Of a stretch of 53,537 nucleotides of DNA, positions 14,762 through 27,200 are shown piece by piece. Position 1 is the first letter of the stretch, and each line of letters begins with the position of its first letter. A program made the position numbers and the translations under genes. This DNA is from Ministeria vibrans ATCC 50519. Lineage: Eukaryota > Protista > Filasterea. The notes beneath the pieces were generated by a model. That model ran no database searches. It was not told the origin of the DNA and saw only the letters and a program-made list of their open reading frames with translations. The stretch spans positions 1 through 53,537 of the forward strand of contig CALSCP010001307.1 of the NCBI GenBank assembly GCA_943704425.1, read 5' to 3'.

Positions 14762-16939
14762 TCACGGCCGGAAGTAACAGAACACCTTTAAAGAGAAAAT
14801 TAAAATTAATAACAAAATCGACAAAGACAAGTCCCTTTAGGTTACTTCTCCAATGTAGTTCGCAACGAGAATCGCCTGAGAAGTACATAGAATGTCAGTG
14901 AGTGGCTCGCGGCCAAAAGAATCGCCGCCAATGGGCCGCACAAGTAACGGAGTGTGTCGCATTGGCACTGATTGGCACATCTCATTGAGTTCCTATCCAA
15001 AATATGAGTACACCTCAACCTTTTTTGGTCCGTCTTTTGCTTTACCTCTGTTGAACAATCCCTGAGCGGCTTTTCAGTGTCAATGTAATAGTCCCATAAA
15101 TAGACGCGCGTGTCCTGTCCCACTGACGCAATTCTCACTCGCTCACTGGTACACAAAAGCGCATCAAAACACACACTACACAGAAAAGAAAAAGAAAAAG
15201 TTTTTTTCACATCACATATCAGTTCCGTTTACATACACCGTGCAACAAACAAACGGACCTTGAAACATACGAGAGATGACCCTCAAAACGAGCCAAAAGG
15301 CACTTGTGCTCAACGGACCACAGTGACACCAAATCATCTTCTCCTCCAGTCTAATTGTACACAGCCATACGTCATAAAGTATATAAATTAAAAATGAAAT
15401 TAGAATGTTAGGGCGAGGGTTTATCATCTCGCAAAGCACATGCTTTCCACTTACCACCACAAAACGATCGTCGGGACTCCATTTAACACACAAAAACGCT
15501 CCAAAGAAACTGCGCTGAGCCAACACCACAGAATATCCCCTCGTGTCCTCATCGCTCTCCTCTTCACTTGTCCCTCCTTTCCGCTTACTCTTCTTACTCT
15601 TCTCGCTCTTCTTTCCTTTATGCTTCCGGTCACTTTCCTCTCTTAACAGTCCGATTTGAATCACTCTCAGTGTTCCGTCACTGCTCACAACACTCATAAG
15701 CGAGTCGTCGCAATGTGACACTTCAAATTCTATCAAAGACATTAATTTTTTCTCCTTCTTCTTCTTCTCTTTTTTTGCGTTTTACGTGTGATTTTCGCTT
15801 CTGAGACTTTCAATGAAATGAGTGGGTTTCGTTTTGTACCCGAATCGCTGTAAGAAGAAGACGAAAAAAAAGAAACGAAACACATTCACAACCCAAAAAA
15901 AAAATCAGATGTTTCTCCATCTTGTTTTTTTTCTTGTTACGGATCGGACGAATCTGACGCCAAAAGCGAGCAAAGCGCAAGCGAACCGTTTTGAAAGGAA
16001 ACTGCAAAAAGATTGGTATTGGGAGGGGAACGGAGCCAGCGAATGCAGGTGGGAGGGTGCGAAGTGAACGGAGGCTCGGTGTTGAAAGCGATGGAGCAGG
16101 CAGAAGAGTGAGAGGCGGAGGAGGAGGAGAGGAGTGCGCAGAGAGGACCCGTTTGAAAGGCAAACAGTGTTTCGAGGAAGGGCTCCTTGTCACTGCGGGT
16201 TTGGCTGTCGGGTTGGACGAGACGCACATCGTGGCTGACGAGAAGCAAGTCTGGAAAGGATAAATGTCGGATGGGTGTCTGTTGAAATAAAAGAATGAGA
16301 AGCAAAACAAACCAACGTATAAAAAAATGGTATAGGGTCACCGGTCGAAGGTCTCTGGACTTGTTTGCTGCTGCCGTGCGGTGGCCCTGGGGCGTGTCTT
16401 GAGGTACGGGGTACGCCATGAGATGCTGGCCGACGTTGAACAGGACAATGTCGCCTTGGTCGGGAAGTGGCTCGTGAATCTGCGAGTGGTGTGTGTGTGT
16501 GTGTGAAACGCAATTGGGTTTGAGAGGAACGCAATAACAATAATAATAATATAAGGAAGGGACCTTCGCAGTGCCGTCACGAGGAGAGCCCGACTTGGCC
16601 GCAGTAGAACGGCCAAGGGCAGATGCTGCTGACCGAAGCATGCTTCTGGTCCAGGACGACGAGGACGAGGAGGACGAGGAGGAGGAGGAGGAGGACAGAG
16701 CGGATTTGGCGCTTGAACTTGAATGGCCCTTGTCGCGCGTTGCCGCACCCCCGCGAGCCGCGCCCTGTATGACTTTCACATGAGAGAACCAGACGGGTCG
16801 CCACCGCGGAGGACGTGCCACCATGTGGACGAGAACCTGCACAGACGGAAGGCAGTTAGGGTTTCCCTTTGCTCTTGGTCTTTACGTCGTTGGAGAGGAT
16901 ATATTCACCCTCGGGCCCGCTTAACCCGCCGTCTGCCAT
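14762..16939 (-). CDS. WD40 protein of the WDR20/DMWD/CreC family (USP12/46 cofactor); multi-exon
   Basis: DIVLFNVG; VVSSDGTLRV; SFFGAFLCVKWSPDDRFVV|TGGEDDLVSLW...ARFEGH.SYVS; RIASVGQDTRVYLWD; PLL..P...EPLTDI; ends VFCYFRP-stop. Confidence 0.85.
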
Positions 16940-17131
16940 GATCAGCAAGCGCCAAGCTCTCAGTAAAACAAAAAATATCAAAGTAATAAAATTAAAAATT
17001 GTGTGTGTGAATCGACTCCATAATATAATAACTGCTTTCGCTGTTCACTTTTACATATACAACACATTTTCAATTCAAATAGACCCTACTTCTCATCTTG
17101 TCTCTTCCTCCTCTCTCTATCTATCACATTG

Positions 17132-17134
<3 letters not shown>

Positions 17135-17164
<30 letters not shown>

Positions 17165-17226
17165 CTTCTTCTTCTTCTTCTTCTTCTCCTTCTTCTTCTT
17201 ACTCCCTCCTCCTCCTCCTCCTCCTC

Positions 17227-17312
<86 letters not shown>
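17135..17312. repeat. Compound (CTT)n-(CCT)n-(CT)n microsatellite
   Basis: Directly visible, downstream of COX18. Confidence 0.95.
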
Positions 17313-17317
<5 letters not shown>

Positions 17318-17355
17318 CCTCTTTCTCTCTTTCTCTTTTTCTCTGTGTATGTGTG

Positions 17356-18613
17356 TCATAGTCCCTTCTGCAAACACGTCTGCACAAGCGACCGCTCCTC
17401 TGAGGGTGCATTGGGAATCCCCAGTGCCCGTCGTACCGGCACCACTTGCAGTGTCAGATTCTGCACAAGCGAATAGGCAGTCGAAGTGGTCCAATAGAGA
17501 GTGACAGCCTATGACACACACAAATTAACAAAATAGTACAACACGTCGTTCTGCTTCTCCTTTTAAGTATTACTGAGGGAAGAGTGGCGGCAATGGGTAT
17601 AAGTGCGACTGAGACCAATCGAATCACATTGGTAACAATGCGCATTTGCGTTGAAAGTCCACTCATTGCTTTCATATTGTTCATCTACAAGACAACACAC
17701 ATGACTGTTTCAGTACAAAATCATCACACACGCTTCAGCACTGAAGAGCACACACACACTACGCACACACACTACGCACACACTAAGCACACACGCACAC
17801 ACGAAATAGGATTACTTCAAGATTGAGTATGTTGAAAAGGCCCATGAGAACGGGTAGCACAAGTGTGCCGTCAGGCGCAGTGAGATCGAGACACCAGAGA
17901 GCGCCTTGAGTGTCCATGAGAGGGCTCGGCGGACACACTGCGCTACTAGCTACAAAAAGCGACGGTGCACCCGACATGCGACGCAGCACAAGCGAGATCA
18001 TAATCCATAGGGGTACTTGGGTAAGCGGCAGTGCCACAATACGCCATGTTTCACACTGGTGCTCGCGTTGAAGCTGTAGTCGTTTGCGTCGCAACGTCTC
18101 GCGCGCCACTTTCGGGTACAGTGCCGCTGCAAGGCCCTTCTTGCGCATCTCGCCCGGAAGGCGTCGCTTCATCATCTCCGAGTACTCCGTTAGAACCGGC
18201 GAGAGCAGCTCGAGACGTGCGCCCGCGCTGAACAAGCGGGAAAGAGTGAGTTCGCACGAATCACTAGATGTGCAAAAACATCTACTTTACCTCGTCTGAT
18301 AGATCGACATGGGCAGTGTGACTACGCTGCGCAACAGGACGGTGCCTATTACAATGTCAGCCCACCACGGGAGACCGGTGAGGCTGTGGAGCGCCTCGCA
18401 AGCGTCCTTGCAGGCATCAACAAACCCCAAGCCGGTGCGAGTCGCCGCCTCAACATCCGTCTCGCTCACCGCACGAACCACCTGCGCCTCGGCCGCGTCT
18501 CCACCAATGGCCGTATCACTTGTAATGGCTGCATCGCTCGACAGGTGGCGCGGTAAGGCAGACAACGTCCGCAGTCGCACAACAGAGCGACGCAACGTGA
18601 ACGTCGACAGCAT
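17356..18613 (-). CDS. COX18: Oxa1/YidC-family insertase, COX18-like, mitochondrial; 4 exons
   Basis: Transit peptide; LHSLTGLPWW..I...TVLLRSVVTLP...YQ; LPLTQVPLWIMISLVLR; GALWCLDLTAPD.TLVLP; IAATLPS|AVTLYWTTSTAYSLVQN; RRALGIP. Confidence 0.85.
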
Positions 18614-19156
18614 CAAACGAAAGAAAATGATTGATTGATTGTAGTACTACTAATTACTAAACGAGTAGTAAGTCGTTTTGATTTTTCAAACTTTGTTTGT
18701 ATATGATCTTGTTTTGACATTGAGTTATTTGAGTACGGAGTCGGGGGTACGGAGGTCGTAGTAGTGAGTACAGCTCTCGATTCTCTATTTATTTCTCTTA
18801 TATTTATTATTACTATGAATAATAAAACAATAATAATTATTAAGAAAACTGAAAAACTGCTGACATTCTTTAAAATTTTGAGTTCAAGACGTTTCAAATC
18901 GCAAAACTGTATTTTCCAAGTAAATATTAAATATTTTCTTCTAATTTCTTGTTGATATTTGATTTTTAAGGTGAAAGGAAAGACCGGTATGAAAAATGTT
19001 AATGAGAGGCTACTGAATAAAACATGGAGAAGGAAAAAAATTGGCTGGTTGACTGGATGCTTTCCTTGTTTAAGACTGAGTCGAGACGCGGGAATCACAA
19101 AAACATAGGTCATCTTTTTAATGCATTCACACAAACATAAAATAAACAAAGGCAAA

Positions 19157-22100
19157 CTATGACAACACACGCAACTGCACAGGCGACGCCAACAGAGGCC
19201 ACAACATGGTCTCGGAGACGCTCTCGGGGTAGGGCAAGCAGGCATCAAAGAAGAGCCAAGGACCCACAAAGCGCATCAGGAGGTACCACACAAAGAGCAC
19301 CGCAGCGACTACAAGTAGCCACAGTGACCAAGCACCCTTCCGCTTCGACCCGTCCAGCGCACCCACACTCCTCGTACTCGAAAAGCTCAACGCAAGCATC
19401 GGCAGACTCCACCAGTCAAAGTCGTACTGACTCACCAAATGCATCACAAGGCACACCGCAGCCACACGCAATAGCTTCTCAAGCCACACCGGGTGATTCG
19501 CCCCACTGCCAATCGTCATCATCTTCCGCGACGCAACTAGCATTTCCGCCTGTACACGCAGGCCCGCCAGTGTCTTCTCACACGTCAATTGACGTCGTTG
19601 TAGAGCGTCCACCTCACCCAACGTTCGCACAGCCAACGCATCTCTATCCCAATAGCAAATACAATACACCATCAGACACAACACACTCAATCTCTCATCA
19701 ACCCATTCCCTCACCTGAACCCATCGTAATAACTAAAGTCGCGTTCAGTCGCATCCACCTCGCTTCCTTCCCCTTCCATCAAAACAGTCTTCTCCAGTGC
19801 CGCTGCAACACGCCCCAGCGACTCCACCTCAGACGCGTCCTCGCCCGCCATTCGCATCTTTGCAATTTTGTTATGCAACGCAGACACTACCACCTGAAAA
19901 AGAGAAGGACAAGAATGAGGCAAATTCTCAAAGTACTCCCCCTCTCCGTCTTCGATCACTTTGTTTTTTCTCTCCCCACCCCTTTTCCTCTCTCAGTGTC
20001 TCTCAGGTTTATACCAAAATTTGTTCCTGAATGAGCATTCGCGCGCGCAACAAGTGCTGCACACGGTCTCCATTCACCTCAGCACCCTCTACAATGTCTC
20101 CCGCCGACGACAATTCCTCCAGACTCGATTGCACAAGCTCCTTAGTTTCCTTCCAACGCACAGTAAAACGAGCCACTAAAAAAAATGTAACAACATTAAT
20201 AATTATAATTATATTTTTACAGAATGATGAAAAATAATGAGGCAAAATACCCGAGAGACGAGCGGTGGCGTCTTCGATGCTGTCCACCTTTACTGAATCC
20301 GCGTCTTTTTGACAGAGCTTCAGCTGCTCTTCAATGTCCGACACCAGTTTGAGCACACGGTCTTGCTTTTGCAACCTGAATACAATATACAATAATAATA
20401 ATAATTAATAAACAATCTGTCCCTCTCTCACCCCTCTCGCTTACAATTCGTTCTCAGCGGCGCTCGTCTCTGAGCGATCCGTCACACTCGCAGTCTCAGC
20501 ACTCCTCAGCATTCCTTCAAGTCGCGACACCTCATTGCGCAGACCGCGCAACTCAAGCTCCTTCTCCTGCAAACTAGCCTCGCGTCGCTCGCGTGCACTC
20601 TTCTCCTTGTTATGCTCAGCAAGCGCATCGCGCCCCGCCGATTCCTTGCGCAGACACTCCTCTTCGGCTCGCATCAGACGCTCATTCGTGTCTTTCAATT
20701 CTTCTCGCAACCGCGCAATCTCACTCGCGGTCGCTGCACTCTCTGCCTCGCTTGTGCGAACCGCCGCGTCCAACTCACGCTTAAGGCTGTCCAGTCGCTC
20801 CTCAAGCGACATCTTCTCCTGCATAAGCAACACTTGCTTCTCTTCCCCTTCCTTCACACGCACGTTCAGCTCTTCGTTCGTTTCGTTCGCCGCATCCAAA
20901 TCGCGTTGCAACGAACTCACCACACTCGACATATCCCCACGCGNNNNNNNNNNNNNNNNNNNNNNNNNNNNNNNNNNNNNNNNNNNNNNNNNNNNNNNNN
21001 NNNNNNNNNNNNNNNNNNNNNNNNNNNNNNNNNNNNNAACACTTGCTTCTCTTCCCCTTCCTTCACACGCACGTTCAGCTCTTCGTTCGTTTCGTTCGCC
21101 GCATCCAAATCGCGTTGCAACGAACTCACCACACTCGACATATCCCCACGCGCCAGCTCAGCTTCAAGCTCGTCATTGCGCGCGCGCTGCAGCTCCAACT
21201 GTGCCAAATGTTGGCTCACCTCGTGTGCCATGTCACTGCGCAATCTCGCGTCCTCATCGCGCACCGACCGCAGCAGTTGCAGCTCCTCCTGCATCTTTGC
21301 AACGGCCTCTGTGTCCTCGGCCGGTGGACACGTGTGTGCGTCCAACTCACGCTGAAGATCATCCAGTCGCTCCTCAAGCAACTTCTTCTCCTGCGCAAGC
21401 AACAATTGCTTCTCTTCCCCTTCCTTCACACGCACGTTCAGCTCTTCGTTCGTTTCGTTCGCCGCATCCAAATCGCGTTGCAACGAACTCACCACACTCG
21501 ACATATCCCCACGCGCCAGCTCAGCTTCAAGCTCGTCATTGCGCGCGCGCTGCTGCTCCAACTGTGCCAAATGTTGGCTCACCTCGTGTGCCATGTCACT
21601 GCGCAATCTCGCGTCCTCATCGCGCACCGACCGCAGCAGTTGCAGCTCCTCCTGCATCTTTGCAACGGCCTCTGTGTCCTCGGCCGGTGGACACGTGTGT
21701 GCGTCCAACTCACGCTGAAGATCATCCAGTCGCTCCTCAAGCAACTTCTTCTCCTGCGCAAGCAACAATTGCTTCTCTTCCCCTTCCTTCACACGCACGT
21801 TCAGCTCTTCGTTCGTTTCGTTCGCCGCATCCAAATCGCGTTGCAACAAACTCACCACACTCGCCATATCCCCACGCGCCAGCTCAGCTTCAAGCTCGTC
21901 ATTGCGCGCGCGCTGCTGCTCCAACTGTGCCAAATGTTGGCTTATCTCGTGTGCCATGTCGCTGCGCAATCTCGCGTCCTCATCGCGCACCGACTGCAAC
22001 CGTTGTAGTTCCTCCTGCATCTTAGCAACGGCCTCTGTATCCTCGGCCGGTGGACACGTGTGTGCGCGCAATAGTCCAATCTCACGCTGGAGCTCTTCAA

Positions 22101-23969
22101 GTTGCGCCTCAGCACGACCTTGTTCTCCTCGAGCCTGTTCCACTGCGAGTTCATCGGCCTCGTGCGCCGCTCGCAACTCCTTCAACTCTTCCTCTAGTTC
22201 CCGCGACCCTTGCTCAATGGTCGCCAGTCGTTCGGTCACCTGCCGCCACTGCTCGTTGCGCTCCATCAGTGTCTGCTCGAGTTCCTCGCGCACCCGCTCA
22301 CCTTCTTCACACGCGTCCTTCAGACGCGCCACCTCACCCTCAAGCTTATCAATGCGCCCCGTGTCCACCACCACTGCTGGTTCAGGCAGCGGGCACACGT
22401 GTGCGCGCAATGACGCCAACTCATGCTCACACTCCTCGAGACGCAACGCGTTCGCCGCCAACTGTTCTTCCGCCAAGAGCTTCGCCTCCTCCAGCTCACT
22501 CACGCGACTCGCCAATTCCGCGGCCTCCTGGGCCAGCTCGCGCCGCAACTCGGCCTGTCGTGCATGCACATCGGAGCGATCAAGACCCGTCGCATCGTGC
22601 GAGAACTCGTCAATGTGTCGCATCGCCCGCTCGCGCTTGCGACGCGTCGACTCACTTGCTTGTGCTGCCAATCGCGAATAGTAGTTGTTGCCACCGGCAC
22701 CCCCCATGGACGAAGATGGAGGTGAGCCCAAAGAGTCGCCCTCAGTCATCAACGCGACCTCTTGCAGCTCGGCAAAAAGACTCTTGGGCGTGGCGGCGGC
22801 ACGCGGCGTCGACGCGGCCCTTGGTGATGCAGCAGTAGGGGCATCAGTGCTCTCGTCGTGCGCTCGACTCACGTGAACCTCTTCGCGCAGACTGGTATTC
22901 TCATCGCGGACCGTGTCCAGTTCGCTGCGCATCGCATCGAGCACTCGCTGTTGGTGTGCCGTGTCGGCACTCAGCTGGTGGTTTTGCGTCGACAGATCGA
23001 GCACAACGCTTGCGAGCTGATCCCGATCGTCTTGCACTGTGCTGAGTGTTTGGAGTTCCTGGCGCAGTGCGCGACCCTCCGCCTCAAGTTCACGCACACG
23101 TGCCAGGGCTCGCTCCGATGCGGCGCGCACGTCCTGAACGTCGTCGAGTTGCATGCGCAGCTCCATCAACTCGGCCTGCGCTCGTTCGGCGCCCGTCTTC
23201 ATTTGGTCGCGTTCACGTCGCGCCCGATGCAACGACTGTGTAGTCTTCTCGTGTGCAGACTGTTCGCTGGCGAGAAGACGCCGTGCCAAGGCGAGGTCGT
23301 CGCGAAGACGACGCCCTTCGTCGCGAGCGCGTTGCGACGCCGTCACCACACGACGCATCTCCTCCAGCTCGTCCATCAGCTGCTGCTGCGCCTGCTCGCT
23401 CTCCTGAAGCTGTGCCTCAAGTCGTCGCTCGCGTGCTGCCGATCGTTCGCGCTCCACACGGCGCGGCGTTGCCACTGTGTCGCCCGAATAGTGTGAACTG
23501 CGCGTCGGCGACACAACGCCACGAATCGTACTGGGCGAACCTAGAGACGCATCGCTCCTGCTCGATCCTGTGCGTTTGTCCGGCGTGCTCTGCTGCGTCC
23601 TGTCGACAGTCTCGATGCCCCAGCGGCCTCCGCGGAGTCCTTTTTTAGGGGTAAAAAAAAAAAAAAAAACATTATATTTTTGAAAAACACTTTTCAAAAA
23701 CACAACAGAAACACTCAAAGCGTACCGTGTGCTTCAAGCCATGCGCGCATACCCACGTGAAAATCGTCCCATTCGACCATACCGTACTCGTCGGCGGGCA
23801 AGAGACGCTCTAGCGCTCCCAAATCGGCCGCTTCCTGCACGCTCGACAAATACTCAAAGACAGTCGCTTTCAAAACGGCCGTTGCAGCACCCACAAGCCC
23901 CTCGCCGCCCCCTTCCTTCTCCGCACACAGCATAAATAGCCGACGGATCGTCATGTCGAGGTCGTCCAT
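19157..23969 (-). CDS. Large EF-hand-like / coiled-coil / C-terminal TM protein; KASH5/LRMP-like architecture; multi-exon, interrupted by an N gap
   Basis: N-terminal exon (IRRLFMLC...VFEYL...LERLLP...GMVEWDDFHVGMRAWL) is EF-hand-pair-like; very long heptad region; SLFAEL motif; C-terminal TM WSLWLLVVAAVLFVWYLLM plus short tail. That it is coding is secure; the family call is inference. Confidence 0.65.
20829..22070. repeat. Coding tandem repeat, 363 bp (121 aa) unit, ~3 copies
   Basis: Unit starts at 21038, 21401 and 21764 (spacing 363); first two copies nearly identical; partial copy at 20829-20943 before the gap. Confidence 0.95.
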
Positions 23970-24238
23970 GCTGAACAAGCGGACGTCGCGCGACCTGTCA
24001 AAATAATAATAATAATTATTATGAATATTTGACAGTTGGATTTCAATTTTGGAATGAGGAATTCTCCATGTCCGCTTTACGCTTTGACAGGTGCCTCTCT
24101 TATTCCTCACTAGTCACTAATGTCAAACTCCTGTCACTCCATCGAGTGTTGATCGTGTCATCGCCACAATTCAGCATTTTGAGTGGCGGATTGAAATGAA
24201 TTTAATGAGTTAATGAGTTCACTTCTCTTTCATCACTA

Positions 24239-27200
24239 ATGGCAAACCTCGAGGGCAACTCCTCCCAAGTAGGAGGTCCTCACCTTCAGCGGCTGGCCAC
24301 CGTTGACGTGGCAGATCTCGTTGGCCGTAAGTTGTTTCTGTGTTTTTTCTGTCCGCTCTCATTCGACCCTGCACTTTTCTTTTCAATGTAGCGGACAGCC
24401 TTGAGGCTAGCGGCGCGGGCGACGACATGTGGTGGCTCAACGAGGCGCTTCTGTCCCTGACTCACGACGCGCAACGACTGCTGGTTGCCACAAACGACCA
24501 GTTTCTGCTGTTGAGTCCGGACGACTCAGTCACGACCCAAACTGTCTTTCGCGTAACTCTCCGGCATATCAAGCGTATTCATCCTGCTCACACACACACA
24601 CACACACGCCCCATTTGATCTCTCCTTGCCAACACACAGGTGGCGTGCGGCTCAGACGACGCCGACGCCTTTGGCTCAGTCACCAGTGCGCGAGTCGTAG
24701 CGACAGCGCAACCACACGACGTCTCGTCGCCCAAGACCCTCTACATCCTCATTCTCGGCTATGCCAATGGTTGGCTCCGAATCCTTGACGACCATGCAAA
24801 GGTAAAGTATAAACCAAACCATATATTAAAATTAATATTATACTATCTTGTTTTGCTCACAGCCGTTTATGGCACAACAACTGTTTCCCGAGTCGGACCA
24901 AGTCGCACAGGTGCGTGTCAGTGGTGCTGGCGACATTGTGGTACTTAGCAGTGACGGCAAGACAGTGGCTATTGTGGACGCGACCGCAGTGCACGAAACG
25001 GCGCTCGAGCGTCACACTGCCTACGGGGGTCAACCGTGTCTCATTGCGCACCGCAAATGGGCACTGGATCGCCACAAGTACGTCAGCGATGTGTGCATGC
25101 GCGTCACCCATGATATGACCACGAGCTCCTTTGAGGAGCTTGTCTACCGCGGTGGTGGACTCCACTCGCACGCAGCGAGCATTGTGGCAGTGGGCGAACA
25201 GCCGTGTGTCGCCGTATACGGCACAGACCGACGCAAACGCGACGGGGCCGTTGCGAGCGTCGGTGAACTTGCCAAGTCGGTTGCAAAGACGCTTACGAGC
25301 TCGGTGTTCAGCTGGCTGTCGGGTCCCGCGGCAACTGCGGCTGCAGCAGTGGCTGCGGGTGGAGGCGACGCAGACGCCGCCACGGAACTCATGGCGGGAG
25401 ACGCTGTCGAGCTGCAGGCACCCGATCGTGTAGCGGCCTCTGTGCGGTTCCGTGATGCCCGCCGACATGTGATGGGTGTGTGGGCGTCGCCGTGTGGGGA
25501 GTATGCGGCGACAAGTGACTCATTGGGTCGCGTGACGCTACTTGAAATGCGCACGCTGACTGTCTTGCGAGTGTGGAAAGGATATCGCGACGCCGAGTGC
25601 GGCTGGGTAACGGCACACGACCAGCAGCCGGGTGGCGTACGTCGCTCTGTCGACTACCTTATCATCTTTGCAGTGCGTCGGGGTCTTCTTGAGGCATGGC
25701 ATGCACACACGCGTGTCCGTGTGTGGGCACGTGACGTCGGCAAACAGGCCCGTTTGCTCTCGTGCGACTCGCTCCTGCTCGGCGAACACGGCGCCCACTG
25801 CTATCTGTTGCAGGCAGACAGTTGCACTCTTTCACGCATCGTCGTTCCGTACCACTGCGCCTCACAGGCTGGCGGTGCCACGGCCCGTGATAATCATTTG
25901 CTTGCCACAGCACGCTCGCTCATCAACGACGTCGCGGACCCCGCCATGCTCACGGCCGTCACGGCTGAACTCTCCTCGTCAACGTCGCTGCGTCGTCTTG
26001 CCTCCATGTGCATCGTAGCCAACCTCACCGCACCCGCACTTGCTCTCGTTCTCACAGCAGTCCGCGACCGTCTCGCCGCCCTTGACCCTGTCGCCCACGC
26101 CACTGACATCCAAGTGGTCGACGACCGTCGTGCGCTTCTTCAAGTCTACATCTCGGTTGCCGACTTCTTTCCCTCCTCGTTTTCCGCTCCTTCTACGCCC
26201 ACCTCGCAGCCGCCCAACCCACGTCCCATTATCGCGTCGCTGCTCCTTCCCTCTCATGCGGATAATAGTGAGAGTGAGAGCGCACCTCCTGGCGACGACG
26301 AGACAATTGGCTCGTCGTACGCCACTCTTATTGAGCGCGCCCTCTCACGCCCTCCCCTTCCTTCTTCCCCCTCCTCCTTTCCTTCTGCACCTCACTCGAT
26401 TGTCACTGACCTCTCTGCAGCTTCATTCCTTGAGTGTTTTCCCGCACGTTCACCGGGTTCACTTCAAATCACACTTGCCGACGCGCAACTGAGTCGTCTT
26501 GCGCGTTTCCTCTTTGGTGCCACACTTCTCGACCTTTGCCCCGTGTCGCAAATGGCCCGCACTCTTCGCTCACTTTCACTCTCGCCCAATGCTGTCGCGC
26601 GTCTCGTAGGCGCCTTTTTCTTTGACACGCCCCTTCAAGAGCTCTTCCGCTCAGTCGAGCACTGGAAACGACTCACCTTTGAGTACCCAGAGCTGCTTGA
26701 CAACGAGACGGTGCGCGAACAACTCGGTCTTGTCTGTGCGTCCACCACCCATCTGACATCGGCTCTGCTCCTCTTGATACTCACTCGGTCTGCGAGTGCC
26801 AACGCAACAGCCGCATCAAATGTGGCCATGAGACAAACGTGTGATCGAGTCGCGTCGGCGCTTGCTCTGGATCTTCTGACGACTACTTCGACTAGTAGTG
26901 GCGCAGTGCTGACGGTTGAGCAGCTGATGCGCACGCCGGGACGAGCAGCGGGAGCTCTTGCGCGTCGTACGCTGCGCACTCGCAATGAAGACGATGCGAC
27001 CACCAAGGCACTTCTTGAGCGTCACTGGCCCATCCACAGCGCACCGCCTCTCGTTGCGGCACTCTGTGCTCGCGGTCTTGTGCGTCGGTGGGCCGAACGA
27101 CCCGCCGAGCGCATGGAAATCCTTGAAATGGCCATTCCATATTTGCGAGCGTGTCGTGATGCCAAGGCAGTGGCATTGTGTGCGCGTGTCTCGGTGCGAC

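Noticed and set aside
20829-22070. 363-bp repeats as a CRISPR array or mobile element
   Set aside because: No spacers or terminal repeats; they are in-frame units of a coiled-coil exon.
19159-22838. Long plus-strand ORFs (291, 496, 321, 259 aa)
   Set aside because: Antisense shadows of the GC-rich coiled-coil gene; no motifs.
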